Part shown: piece by piece, positions 18,627-30,669 of the stretch
How positions within the stretch are numbered: position 1 is the first letter of the stretch
Layout: every line of letters starts with the position of its first letter
Translations under genes and position numbers: made by a program
Assembly: GCA_017499595.2 (NCBI GenBank)
Contig: CM039003.1
Coordinates: 1-64,000 of the forward strand
DNA length: 64,000 nt
Direction of reading: 5' to 3'
DNA from: Psilocybe cubensis
Taxonomy: Eukaryota
The notes under the pieces: model-generated
The model's input: only the letters and a program-made list of their open reading frames with translations
Told to the model about the DNA's origin: nothing
Databases searched by the model: none

Positions 18627-21392
18627 AGAAGCCCTCAAGGAGATGCGAAAGCACGCGTTCTCTCCTAAAAGGGACAAGATCCAAAAGTTTCTTATCGATA
18701 ACAACTATGTTATTACGATGACAGATAAGAATCTTGGCCTCGCGGTGTCTGAACGCGACTGGATATTAAGGAACGAGCTCAATCTTCTTGAAGATGAACG
18801 CAACTACGAAGAGTTAGAATTCGAAGTTGCTCAAGAAGTTATGAAGAGCAAAATGATTCAGATGCAAACTCTTGCACGTACCGTCGAAGATGAACATCTG
18901 TTTCTATTTGAACTTGGGTTGTCTCGATTTTTTCTATCGAATGTACCGGAAGATGGATCATCGTTCAAGTATCCTCAATTTCATGGTATACCTAAAATCC
19001 ACAAGAAACCTACTGGATTTAGGCCCATAATTCCGTGTCACTCTGTAGTATTTAATCCTGCAGCCAAGTTTGTATCAAAAGAGCTTAAGCCGATTATTAA
19101 ATCGACTCCTTCAATCATTCACGGAACGAAGGATCTCTTTACGAGATTAAGCCAATTGCGTATAGACTCCAAAAGACAATGGTATTTTGTCACTGGAGAT
19201 GTAGTTGCTTTCTATCCCAATATTCCGTTGGACTTGTGCATCGAAATCGTTTGTAGTATGTACGAGGAATGGTTACTCAACACTTCGGAAGAAAACACTA
19301 CATTAGCCCACATTAAGCCAAATTCGTTAGAGAATAACTTGGTTAAATTGGGCATCTTTAAACGTGCTATCGAGATTGGCAATACGCAATTGATAACACA
19401 ACATGGGTCTAGATATTTTAGACAAAAAAATGGCCTCGCAATGGGCGTCGCGGATTCTCCGGACCTTGCTAACCTCTTTGGAGCCCATTTTGAAATAAAG
19501 TCAAAAATCTTAGACCACCCAAACGTGGCCTTCTATGGAAGGTACATCGACGATTGTTTCGCAATTGTTTACGCCGAGTCCAAAGCACTTGCACTTAATC
19601 TTATTAAAGAAACAATAAAGTTCGATGGTTGTGTTATCGAATGGGCTGTTTCCTCGTCGGGATGTCAATTTCTCGATGCTTTCATATTCAAGGAGTCTGG
19701 AAAACTTCATTGGAAGCCATTTGTCAAGACAGGAAACAACCGAGAACGAGTTCCATGGGTATCACATCATCCTTTGGACGTCAAACGTGGCGTCTACATT
19801 GGAGAGTTATCCAGGCTAGCCGTGCTATGTAGTACCAAGGAAATCTACATCGGAGCAATTAGAGACCTTAACGCTCTCTATTTGATGCGCGGTTATCCCG
19901 AAAACCTAGTCATGTCTTGGTGTAAGAAGAATATACAAGAACGTTGGGAAAAGCGATTTGCTTTACGAGTCGCAGAGCACGACGAATCCATTCTTGTACT
20001 TAAAACCAGGTTTGATCAGGTATGGAATTGGTTTTCAGCTGCTGAACTTGGAAAAACTGTTACCGAGTACTGGTCGGCATGGTATGAACATGCCGAGAAA
20101 GGTCTGTATAGTGCAGACTCGTCCAGACCCCTTATCAAACCAGATCCAAATTACGTTCACGACCTCGATGATGTTCGCCCGGAGCTGTTCACACAGATCC
20201 TCGTGGACGGAGAAACTGAGTTCGTACCGGATTTGAGGAAGATAGGACTACTCGGAAGTCGTTGGATAGTATCGCGAAAGCGCAATACTAATCTTTTCGA
20301 CCTTGCAAATGTGTGGAAGAAAACAGTTTTTCGTAAACTGGATGAAGACATTGCCGAAAAAGGTGGTGTTGTTCCCGAAACTCAAAACGTTAATGAAACT
20401 TATCATTCTGCTCTAGTTGAAGCTGCTGAACAGATAAGTATCGAAAGCGATAACGAGATAATACTTCATAGACGTTCAATCTCACAAGAGAGGGAACATC
20501 CAGAATTCGGCAGAATATCCAAATCTTACAACCGATGAAAAGAATACTAGCGCTTAAGGCGTAAAGCATTAGAAAAAAACCCTAACCGTAAGTATTCATT
20601 GCTATAAAGTAACAAACATCTACTTACAAGCAACACATTGGATTGAATAGCTAAACCTAAACCTAAACCCTAAACCCTAAACCCTAAGCCCTAACCTAAC
20701 CCCAACCCTAAGCTAACTAAGTCTAACCTTAGTAGGAAATAAGGTAGGCGTGTGAACTTCCGAACGGCATGTGATTGTGAAGGGCCGGATCTAATTTAGT
20801 ACATGGGAAAAGTTACTTAGTACTTCGGGAAAAGTTCCTTAGTACCGTGGAAACATTTTTGATGGACCGGATCATGAATTGTCCAATTAAGATTCACAAC
20901 AATCAATCATTCTATTTTTTGATTGTTAGGTAAGGACCCAGGTAAGCTATTTATACTCTAGACATGTGAATATTCCCATGTCGCGGTTACTCGGAGCCAC
21001 GTAACCAGAGTAATCTATATCCATGTGATTCACATCACAGTCAATAACCCACGATGTCAAAGAACAAAAGTGTTGGATCCACTTTTGACAGGTTACCATG
21101 TGCCACATTGACCCGTGACACTCTGTTCATCAGAGACCTGTCTAACTTGACAATAAACATTGACAGATTTGTGATAGTCGGTAAGATACATGACAGCTGC
21201 GCAGCATCACTTCACGCGCTGTCATCGGATGTTCCAGAACATTCCTTCTAAGAATAGCCACTGAAGAGTCTATAAAGACGAAAGGGCTGGCCGTTTGTAC
21301 CCCCAAACAGCCCTCTGGCCTTCTTTCTATTTCAAACTCACAGTTTAAACTAGTCGCTCGCACCTCGCTTCGCTCGGTGCTCGCTCCCCCCC
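18627..21392 (+). mobile_element. 5'-truncated Coprina-like element D (retains the RT domain, ORF 18643-20538)
   Basis: Starts mid-ORF directly after telomeric tract 18542-18626. Confidence 0.92.
21256..21319 (+). ncRNA. Type I hammerhead ribozyme (copy 9), variant stem III loop
   Basis: Core and stems unchanged; only the distal part of stem III differs (GCCGTTTGTACCCCCAAA). Confidence 0.92.
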
Positions 21393-21440
21393 TAAACCCT
21401 AAACCCTAAACCCTAAACCCTAAACCCTAAACCCTAAACC

Positions 21441-21628
21441 CAGCATCACTTCACGCGCTGTCATCGGATGTCTAGAACATTCCTTCTAAGAATAGCCACT
21501 GAAGAGTCTATAAAGACGAAAGGGCTGGTTGTTGGGATCCCCCAACAGCCCTCTGGCCTTCTTTCCATTTAACTCACAGTTTAAACAAGTCGCTCGCACC
21601 TCGCTTCGCTTGGTGCTCGCTCCCCCCC
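21441..21628 (+). mobile_element. Innermost short 3' fragment of the terminal repeat (hammerhead plus terminal hairpin only)
   Basis: Last ~190 nt of the repeat, lying between two telomeric tracts. Confidence 0.9.
21494..21557 (+). ncRNA. Type I hammerhead ribozyme (copy 10)
   Basis: Same as copy 1. Confidence 0.92.
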
Positions 21629-22984
21629 TAAACCCTAAACCCTAAACCCTAAACCCTAAACCCTAAACCCCTAAACCCTAACGTCTCTCGCTCGTCTCCA
21701 TGTCGTCTTTTATGAAAGTGCAAGAATGGGTCCCGAGAGGCTTTTAGAAGCAGCAGCAGAAGACGCGGCTTATCTCCAATCCTCGTCAAGCCTCCGCACT
21801 TCAAATATTACCCTTTGACACATTCTCCCTACTGCCACTGCATGTCGAAAGCACGGCCATGGCCAGTTCCTCCGTCTTCTTCCTTACCGCAACCATATCA
21901 CACCGCCCCTCATCTGAATATCCGCGGAGCAGCTCAATAACGGCCTCTATACTCAAGCTGAAGTGGTGACGGACACCTCCTCGATTTACATATCACGCTT
22001 TAATGGTACGTACACTTCCACATTTACCATCACATCCGTCTCCGTCTACTCCACAATGTCACCATCACTGACTCCCGCCATATACAACCTCACCAACTCC
22101 CCCTTTTACAACCACCCCCCGCAGATCCTCTCCTACGGATACCGGATACATCCGCCACCAATTTGACAACCAATAAGTCAACACTCACAAAATAAGTCAA
22201 CACTCACAAGACGCAAGCGAAATTGACTGAAGACAGAGGAGGATGATACGAGTGTAATGGGTACCATTCAATCGTGCGTATTCCCATCCTCCTATCTTAA
22301 TCCCACTCCGTAACCACAACCAACTGTGTCCAGCTCAACACTGTTGCCCAACTCTTGCACCATTTTCAAGCAAACCCGCCTCCAAACACACACACAATTT
22401 ATACATCCCCCCCAACCTCACTTCATGACCACAATGGCAACTTTGACATTAACATCAACACACTAGCTGCAAAAAGTCATACGTGCACAATCCGCTGCAG
22501 ACCCCCTCCACCCACTCATGACTTACAGCTCCCCCGCTCGTCTCTGTGCCTGTCCCAGTGCCGCGTCAACTCTGCGCAGGGCGTCTCGATATGCCATATG
22601 CGCAAACCGCTAATGTCCATATATTAAAGTTGGCAATCGCCCATGCGGACTCTGGGTTACTCGCTAATAACGAACGTGATGCTGTGTGGACGCTTCTATT
22701 TCCACCTCCTTCCTTGGTGTTTGGATGGGTGTTGCGATGGAAGGAAAATATACAGAAGGATGCAGGCCTGCTTCCATGTGTGGATTCCAGGGTTTAGCTA
22801 CATCCCCGTCCGATAACCTATGTTACCTACTAATTCAACATCAAATATACATACTCGCCTACAATATGCAAAGACCTCATGATCTAAACTACATCCCCAA
22901 CCTTCTTGTCTGCTAGAAACTCGCTGCGTAGTATGGGTGCTATAGTACATTAGACACCATGTATCGCCGCCCGAACGTGGAATC

Positions 22985-23170
22985 CAATCCTAACCAGCTA
23001 AATATTTAATTGTAATTACCAACCCTAACCAATGCTAACCATCCCTAACCGGACTAATCTGTGCTTTTGTGGTATATCGAATCCCAACCAACCCTAAAAA
23101 CTAAACCCTAAACCATCCTAATCTGTATTTTTGTGGTCACCACCAACCCTAATCCCTAACCCCAACCAAG
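22985..23170 (+). repeat. Degenerate telomere-like subtelomeric repeats
   Basis: Scattered AACCCTAA/CCCTAAC units interspersed with three TAAT.TGT..TTTGTGGT motifs. Confidence 0.6.
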
Positions 23171-25599
23171 GCTAATATGTGTTTTGTGGTGTATTCACGA
23201 CAACACCAGCGGGGTTTCAACTTTGCGAGTAGTGTTGGATATATTTATACCAGTAGGTTCTTTGAATTCTTGTTGCCATTAATCTCACAGACTCACTCAA
23301 AAGTGTTTGAAACTTTTCACTTTATTCAAATGCAGGCCTGCAGTGTCCCACTGGACCAAAACATCTCGTCTTGCCTGTCCATACTCTTTGGCTTTCAATG
23401 AAATGGACAAGTGCATCGGGGATTCAGGAGTCGCTAGATTTGAGTACGCCCGAAACCATATCTTTACAGCAATGTCAAGGTGAGTACTCTGACGGGGTTT
23501 AGGGTTTGTTATCTCACGTTTTGGTTATGTAGATGTGCCATGACCTCCATGTGAATATTGAAGAGGTGATTTATGGTAACATTTCACCTCTATTACAATG
23601 TATCCCTAGTTTAACATGGTATGTCAACCGTGGCGCGAACGCTCTCCTCGTGCCCTAATTCATCATTACTCCGCGTTTAAATCGTCTCATTTACCTCGCT
23701 TCCAGGAATAGGCTAGTCTAGATTGCTCAGATTGGTCGGTAACGACTAACGAGAGTTGGAAGCTCACGGAACTGAGCAACCAATATGAATGCGCTGACAA
23801 ACATACCTATATGGCAGCCGTTCCCAAGCCATTTCGCACTTTTAACCGTACTCACTTTGTAAACACGCCATTATCCCACCAACGAGGTGCAGTGTTTTCT
23901 TCTAGTGGGTACTCACTTGGTTACCGCGCTGTCATATATCCCTCCCAGACTATTGCCATCAACGCTGAGATCTTCGCTGTCTATGGCGAGGTCTATGACA
24001 AGCCTAGGGTAGGCATTAGCAGTGTTATTCTGCGAGTGTGTACTCACTTGGTCACTGTGCTGTCATATCTCACTCTCAGCCTCCAGCTAATCCCCCTATC
24101 CCATCAACGACAAGGTCGACGACGAGCCTAAGGTGGACATTAACAGTGTTACTCGACAAAAAGGCGGTACTCACGTCGATACTGCCCCTATGCACCTCTG
24201 TGAACAGCCAATGCCTAGTCTAGGGTGCATCCACACACTGGAATTACCATTCTGCGCGTCTTTTGCTGATACACGTCTGTCCAGTTGGTTGAGCTCTGCC
24301 AATAATGAGTCTAGGCATCAGCAGTCGTTCCGCAAGTGTGTCGGTACTCATGTCGTCACTGTACTGTCCTGCCCTCACTCCTGCTATTCACTTTGGGAAC
24401 CCCTGAGCAAGTGACATGACACACGAAGAGGTGCATGCTCACCCTCAGATACATGTAGCCACAATACCATCATCATTTCGCGGAAATGGTGGGGGCACTC
24501 ACCTGGTCAGTGAGTCGGGTGTCCCTGTTTCGTCGGCGGTGGCAGCAGTCTGCAGAATGAGTGACACCGCGACCCGTCGAGCGACAAACACTTACCATTC
24601 CTTTGTGCAGGTGCGGCCGGAGAGGGGTGCACTATAACGCTGGCACGTCATAGTCAGTTTGTGGTCCTCAATGAAAGGTGTGTTGACTTGCCATGAAAGA
24701 ATGCAATGACTGTCAGCTCGCTGTCCAGCTCAGATGCGATGCTGTGTGCTCACCGTCGGCCACTGTGCTTAGGGGGTCCAGTGGGCGGAGACTAGGAAAA
24801 GGTGGCAGTGTAGAAGAGAGGAGGGAAGAGGGATGCAGTAAACGAAAAAAGTACGTACCCTTATATACCCGTGTGCCATACACAGGTTACGTTACGCTTG
24901 TTGTAGCCCGAATAATGCAAATTTTTTTCTTTGTTTTCGATTTCGTGTTGCGAGAGATGTTACAAGAGTCAAATGGGCCGATCCTCCGTGTTTGTATGCT
25001 CGGATTTCAATTGAACTCGATCATATATTCTGAGAACGAGTGCCTGCGTATTAGGAGAGATTTGCTTCGTTGAATCAATTGTCCACTCGTCTGCTGGGTG
25101 CTGTGATTTTTTTCAGAACACGTTCATACAGTTATCAGACGGCAAGAAAACATTCCATTATCTGACAGCAAGAAAACTCATTCCATTATCTGACAGTCCA
25201 CAGTATCACACAATCCAGTTGATTTCCACTCAGACTTGAACAAGTATAGCAAACTCGAATACACATATTCATTGTCCGGCAAACACGAGTATGCAAATTC
25301 ATTGTGAATGAAAGAACATCCAGCCCTCTTGACACTGTGCTTGATCTAGACACCTTCACGAGGGCGATGGCGGGGATTAGAGGAGTGCAAAACGATGGGA
25401 AAACGACAGTGAGTAACAGAGCGGGTCATATGTTGTTCAAATAACTGACCTATCTATGATTAACACCCCTTGCAGTGACTGCGCCATGCAACACCACATT
25501 CCAGACCTCTGCGGGTTTACACCAACGTACAGCCCAATGAGGCGCATATATTCGCTGATATCAAAGATATGAGTCTCAGACACTCGTTATCACCCTCTC

Positions 25600-26690
25600 A
25601 ATCCTGCTCACCTTCGAGTAAAACAACAATTGACAATAATCAATATGAAACCGACTTGATCCCGAAGACAATGCGTAAGGTGGCAGGCAACACACTACCG
25701 ACATTCGGAAGCGGGGCACCACCAGACGCTGGGGACGGGAATGTTTTTGAGAGTGCAGAGTCAGACAGAAGCTGTGTATGACGACGATGTGGAATGAAAG
25801 GGAAAAATGAGGAAGAAACAACAAGACCCATTCACATACGAACACACACACACACCTCAGTTAAAATAAAATACATTGTCTAGCCTCCCATTCCCGCCCA
25901 GTTCCACAGTGGAAACCACTTTGGTACCCCTCAACCCCTTACTCCCCGAAGCTTTTACTCTCGCATACACTCCTCCAATGCCAATGTGCTTGTATCGAGG
26001 CCAGAAGCTGAGAGTCTCGCACACAACGCATGCATGCTTCGTATAGAGGGTATGGAGGATGAGTCAATACAGACAAGGATGGGAATGCGGGTGTTTAGGC
26101 TGCGGGGTCAACGTGAGATTGAGTGTTGTGATTTTGCATTGACGTTGACTGTGAGGTAGTAAAGAGAGGGAGGGGGGTGCGTGCATTGTCCAGGTTGTGA
26201 AGGAAAGTGGAAGAAAGAAGTGGGATAGGCGGATATGGTGACTCACCAGCACTGAGATAAACACAGAATCTAGCGAACGTGTGAAACCGGCTGAGAGAGG
26301 GACACAAATGCTGGCAGACGCTGGCAGTACAACAAATCTCACATATACGTATGTGGACGCTGTGCAGCTGCAGCGGCGTTGATGTTAAGTATGTGGCTGC
26401 TTAATGGGAAGCTGAGGGTGGTAGTGGTGGAGAGGGAAGGGTTGCCGAGTCGCAAAAAACAAAAAAGAAAACATACACGAACCACTCACCCAACTTCTCT
26501 CCCTGCTCTGTGCATCAACCTTGCTGTCCTGCATCCCCTCTGACCAGTTGCGTATTCCTGGAGTCCCGCAATGTTCATTTTGTTGTTAGAGTGGTTGGGG
26601 AGGAGTCTAGATATGGTGGTGGAAGACGACAAATGTCTCGTTGTTTGTCTCTGCTGTTGTCAGGGACATTCAAACTCCGCGCACGGCGGT
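25600..26690 (-). repeat. Degenerate dispersed repeat family, copy 1 (boundaries approximate)
   Basis: Anchor GCGGAGTTTGAATGTCC..ACAACAGCA..GACAAACAAC at 26641-80 (minus); further blocks homologous to 31850-32040 and 32960-32990. Confidence 0.6.
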
Positions 26691-27034
26691 GAAGATGTCG
26701 AGCAACAAACAGAACACAACAACTCACGAAGCGGGGGGGTGGAGGCGGCGGCAGCGGGAGGGCGGTAGCGGCGGCATCAGCGCGGGGGTGGCGGTGCAAC
26801 GATACGCAGCAGAGTGCGTGTTGTTGTGGGCGGCAAGTGGACGTGACGGCGGGACGACAGCCGGCGAGGGGAGGCGGCACGGCGGCAGCGACAGGTGACA
26901 AGTGGAGGCGGCGGCAGCGGCAGCGGCCCGGAGGTGGCGGCGCAACGACACGCAGCGGCGAGCGCGAGTGTCGGGACGGCAAGCGCAGGCGTCGGGACGG
27001 CGAGCGCAGGCATTGGGGGGCGGTGAGACAGGCG

Positions 27035-27270
27035 GGAGGCCGGCCTCCAGTGGCTGGCACGTACGAGTGGAGGCCGGCCTCCACTCGCGTGTACGACGCG
27101 TGTACAAATCGAGGCCGGCCTCAGGTGGCCTCGAGGTGTTTATTTTTAGATGGAGGCCGGCCTCCAGTCCCTGTCAAAAAATATTTTTAGACAGAGGCCG
27201 GCCTCCAGTGGCCTCCATCAATTTGGAGGCCGGCCTCCAGTGACCTCCATCAATTTGGAGGCCGGCCTCG
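27035..27270. repeat. Cluster of seven palindromic GAGGCCGGCCTC repeats
   Basis: Directly visible; several copies extend to TGGAGGCCGGCCTCCA followed by GTGGCCTCCA-like tails. Confidence 0.85.
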
Positions 27271-28094
27271 GTAAAATACACATTTAATTATGTAGCACCT
27301 CCGTATGTACAAAATAAAATATTTTAAAAGTGCATTTGGGGGTTTTTGAGGTCGAGGAATCCAAATCTGGCATCGGATTTCCGGAATTCTGCACAGGAGG
27401 CCCAATGCAACGAAGGCCCCCCCTTTGGGGGGGAATAAGCTTAGGGCCTCTCCTGTGAGTGGCGGTGGCTGCCTGTTGTTGCACAACGGAATATGTGTGT
27501 TTTGCGGGATTGCAACTGGGGGTTATGATAGTGGATACTTAATAGCCGCCTATAGCTGCTAGTAGGATATATATATATGTACACAATCTCTTGCACACTC
27601 AATAATCTTCTATTTTAATGGTCTGATCTGTTCTGATGAAGGAATGAGATATTTTCACATGCACAGAATATGCAGATGTTGCATCACTGCCGCCTTGGAG
27701 ATGGATAGATAAGATCAAAACTTGTTTATGAGCATTTCAGTTCTTGTCAGTGTGGTATTATGTGCCATGTAAGATCTTTCAACAAAGCTACTGACACCTA
27801 TATCCATATAATAACCTAATTATATCTCCTTTTATAGAACCTCTCGTAGCTTGCATGTTCAGTCACACATGTGTTTCGCATAATTTGACCCCAGAAATGG
27901 AGATTATCAAGTTTTGATTTCCATACGCCATCTTTCCATTATGATTTAATCTAGTGTTTAAACTCCAGTGATATTGTCATGGTGTCAGTGGAGACTAGAT
28001 TGTCTCTAAGGAATTACGTGTATCGACGATACGCAGGAAGTTAAATAGGCCAGACAAGATTTGTATTTCCATCTCCCCCCCAACATCCTCCCAA

Positions 28095-29770
28095 ATGGCT
28101 GACAACGCCACAAATTATTTCACTTCTTATCGTGGTCTTGAAATGGTCAAGTATGCTTATTGTTCGTCCTTTTCATTTTTTCTCATTGAAACAACATTTA
28201 CGAGTGTATCTAGTGTCTGCCCAATCGATTGTTATCTTTGATCATAGTCAGTGTCATTAAATGGATTAAAATGCATTATCAGCTAACTGAACGGTAATCT
28301 GGTAGTTATAACATTTGACCAGGAGGTGAGACTCGGAGCATAAATATCAGACGAATTACTCACTCGGGTGTAAGGTTGAGTTGGTTTGGGTAATTAATTT
28401 GACTCTTTTCTTCAATTTTGCGAAGGTTCCAAGTGTCTGCTTTCATAGAATCGACAATTGTCATTGTTCAAGGTTCTATTCTTATGTGTGCGTTGCACTT
28501 AGAGCGTTTTGCCTACAAATTTCCAAGTTAAACATTAAAAGTACAGATCCGCTACTACACGCTGGCGTGTACAACGTAGGTCAATCTCACTTACCTCTTT
28601 GAATTCATCCCATAAACCGATTTAATGACATACGGCACACAGTTTCAATAGTTACAGTGGGTTTTTGACAACTATTGCATGATATATTACCGACTTAAGC
28701 ATTCTCATCAGTGTTATTCCCAATGTCAGCTACCAACAACGTAAGTGAATATTATAATGCAAGTAGATACTTCTCAGTAACATTTTATTTCTAGAGGCGA
28801 GTACATCATTACATACTTCTGTGATAAATCTTATATTTTTTGAACCTGAGGCAGCTGTGAGTTTGAACAGTGCTTCTGTTCAGGGAGATTAAGTATCAGC
28901 AACTTTCTATAGGTTTAGCCTACTTTAGATGGCAAGCGTGGACTACTTTATCGATCAGTATGATGAGCCAAGGTCTGTACAGTGCTTAACTCTTTTAACC
29001 CTTGTACTGACCCATCTCCGTTACAATATTATGCTTTCAGGAATTCTCCAAATCAGGATATATGCCATGTACTTCAATAAGAAATTGGCATTTATCCTCT
29101 TAATAATCTTTCTCCTTTTGTCCGCAATATCTGGTATAATAATAGAGCTTTCTCTTCAAGATATGAAAGGTGATTACATGGATTACTCGTTGATGATCAC
29201 TTCTCTAACAGCTAAATAACATAAGCCAAAGTGATATCAAATCCCAAAGGCATTGCATGTATAGCACTGCATTCCACGCATTACTTTTTTGCCTTTTGGA
29301 TCCCTATATTCTGCTTTGAGGCATTATTGTGTATCCTAGCATTGATTAAAGGTATAGAAGTAACCGATTCTCTGGAATTGGTAGGACATAGACAACACTC
29401 GTCAGTTACGAGTGGAAAACAGTTGATAGAAATGCTCTACCGCGGCTCAGCCATATACTTTGTAATGTATGTCCCTCTGCAATTGCTACGACAAAAAAAT
29501 GCTGACATATGTATCCTCACAACATGTAGCATTGGCCTGATATATATCACATTAACACTGATGTGGGTTGCTTTCCCTGTATGTATAAATCCTTTGTTTG
29601 GTGTTCCGTCTCATTATGGTATCTTTATTAGTCCAGTGAGTTGGGTCAAACTCCATTGGGATTTTGCCTTGCGTTCCCCTGTATCGTATCGAGTCGACTT
29701 GTTCTCAGCATTCGTGGTACCTCCAAGAGTAATTCAATCAATTGATTTGTCTATATACATGGTGTAGAAA
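28095..29770 (+). CDS. Multi-exon membrane protein, DUF6533-like (basidiomycete multi-TM family); end approximate
   Basis: Exons read MADNATNY...VKYAY / SAQSIVIFDH / ITFDQE / VELVW, matching the 'D..lTf..Ev..iW' signature; later TM exons (ILQIRIYAMY..., FWIPIFCFEALL). Confidence 0.7.
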
Positions 29771-29819
29771 AACAATAATCTAACACCGTACTAAATATTG
29801 TACATGAGTGTCAGTTACA

Positions 29820-30330
29820 GACCTTGTTTTCCTCTAGTTTACCACAGAGATAAATACCGCGCAGGGACAAGCTCGAATCAACTATATCGCAGGCGCGACA
29901 CTGCTCTCATCCCTGTGTACCACTCTGTACGCAACCATCCTCATTGGATACAAAATCTACACCTCTACACGTGAGATATACCACTCACAACACCGATACA
30001 TGCGTATACTCGCTATAGTAATCAAGACATCCGCAATATACTCTATCGTTCTCATAGTTGTTGCGCTTGGCCTGGTAGTTCCCCTGCTAAGCAATGTAGC
30101 TTCTCCGTTGGTTGCGTTGGAAACCTATGCTACTGTGGCAGAAAATGTGCTGGTAAGTTTCCTTGAGTTATTACGTGATTAGTGCTTTACGCGAAGCCGT
30201 TGGTATTTCAGCGACTTGTTCCGACTGCTATGGTACTACGACTAGTGCTTGCAAGCCACCATGCTACTATGTCTTCCCACGCTTCGCTTCCCCAAGTTAG
30301 TGCTATTGTTTCTGATGGGCAGTGAATCGT
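29820..30330 (+). pseudogene. 3' fragment of a basidiomycete multi-TM membrane protein gene
   Basis: TTLYATILIGYKIY...RILAIVIKTSAIYS resembles the 33.1-34.5 kb gene; no 5' half visible. Confidence 0.5.
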
Positions 30331-30669
30331 TTATAGAAATTTTAAAGATACGCAGTAGACAGTTTCATAATCAACTAAGCAGAACACAGAAGATGTTTAC
30401 TTCTCTCATTCTCTCGACATTTCTTGAAAGAGAAAATGAACCGTGCCATAGAGATTGGAAAGGTCGGGCAATGATGTCACTCCCATTGGTTCATCAGTTT
30501 CTCATTCAAATATGTAAAATTTGTATAATTACAGTAAAGATACACTGAAAACTAGCATTGAATGATATTTCAATCGGTTCTTTCATATCATCTGTTGACT
30601 AGACTGACCAGTGGAGTCTCGCATCTGCAACAGTGCCTGCGCCCGCGCGGGCGGCACGGGTCGGCCGGT

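Larger units (their letters stand above)
181..21681 (+). mobile_element. Telomeric tandem array of endonuclease-deficient Penelope-like retroelements (Coprina-type)
   Basis: Near-identical co-oriented copies of an RT ORF plus a ~0.7-kb repeat; 5'-truncated ends face the telomere and are capped by TAAACCC tracts; PLE-type RT motifs; no GIY-YIG domain. Confidence 0.93.

Noticed and set aside
23494-23507. Inverted GGGGTTTAGGGTTT as a fused telomere
   Set aside because: Only about two units long, too short to support a fusion event
21682-25500. Short ORFs immediately proximal to the array as genes (e.g. a telomere-linked helicase)
   Set aside because: No recognisable domains or coherent exon chain could be supported
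26575-27243. Overlapping Ala/Arg/Pro-rich ORFs
   Set aside because: Artefact of low-complexity GC-rich sequence that is open in most frames
27035-27270. CRISPR-like array
   Set aside because: Eukaryotic context, short repeats, irregular and partly repeated spacers, no cas genes
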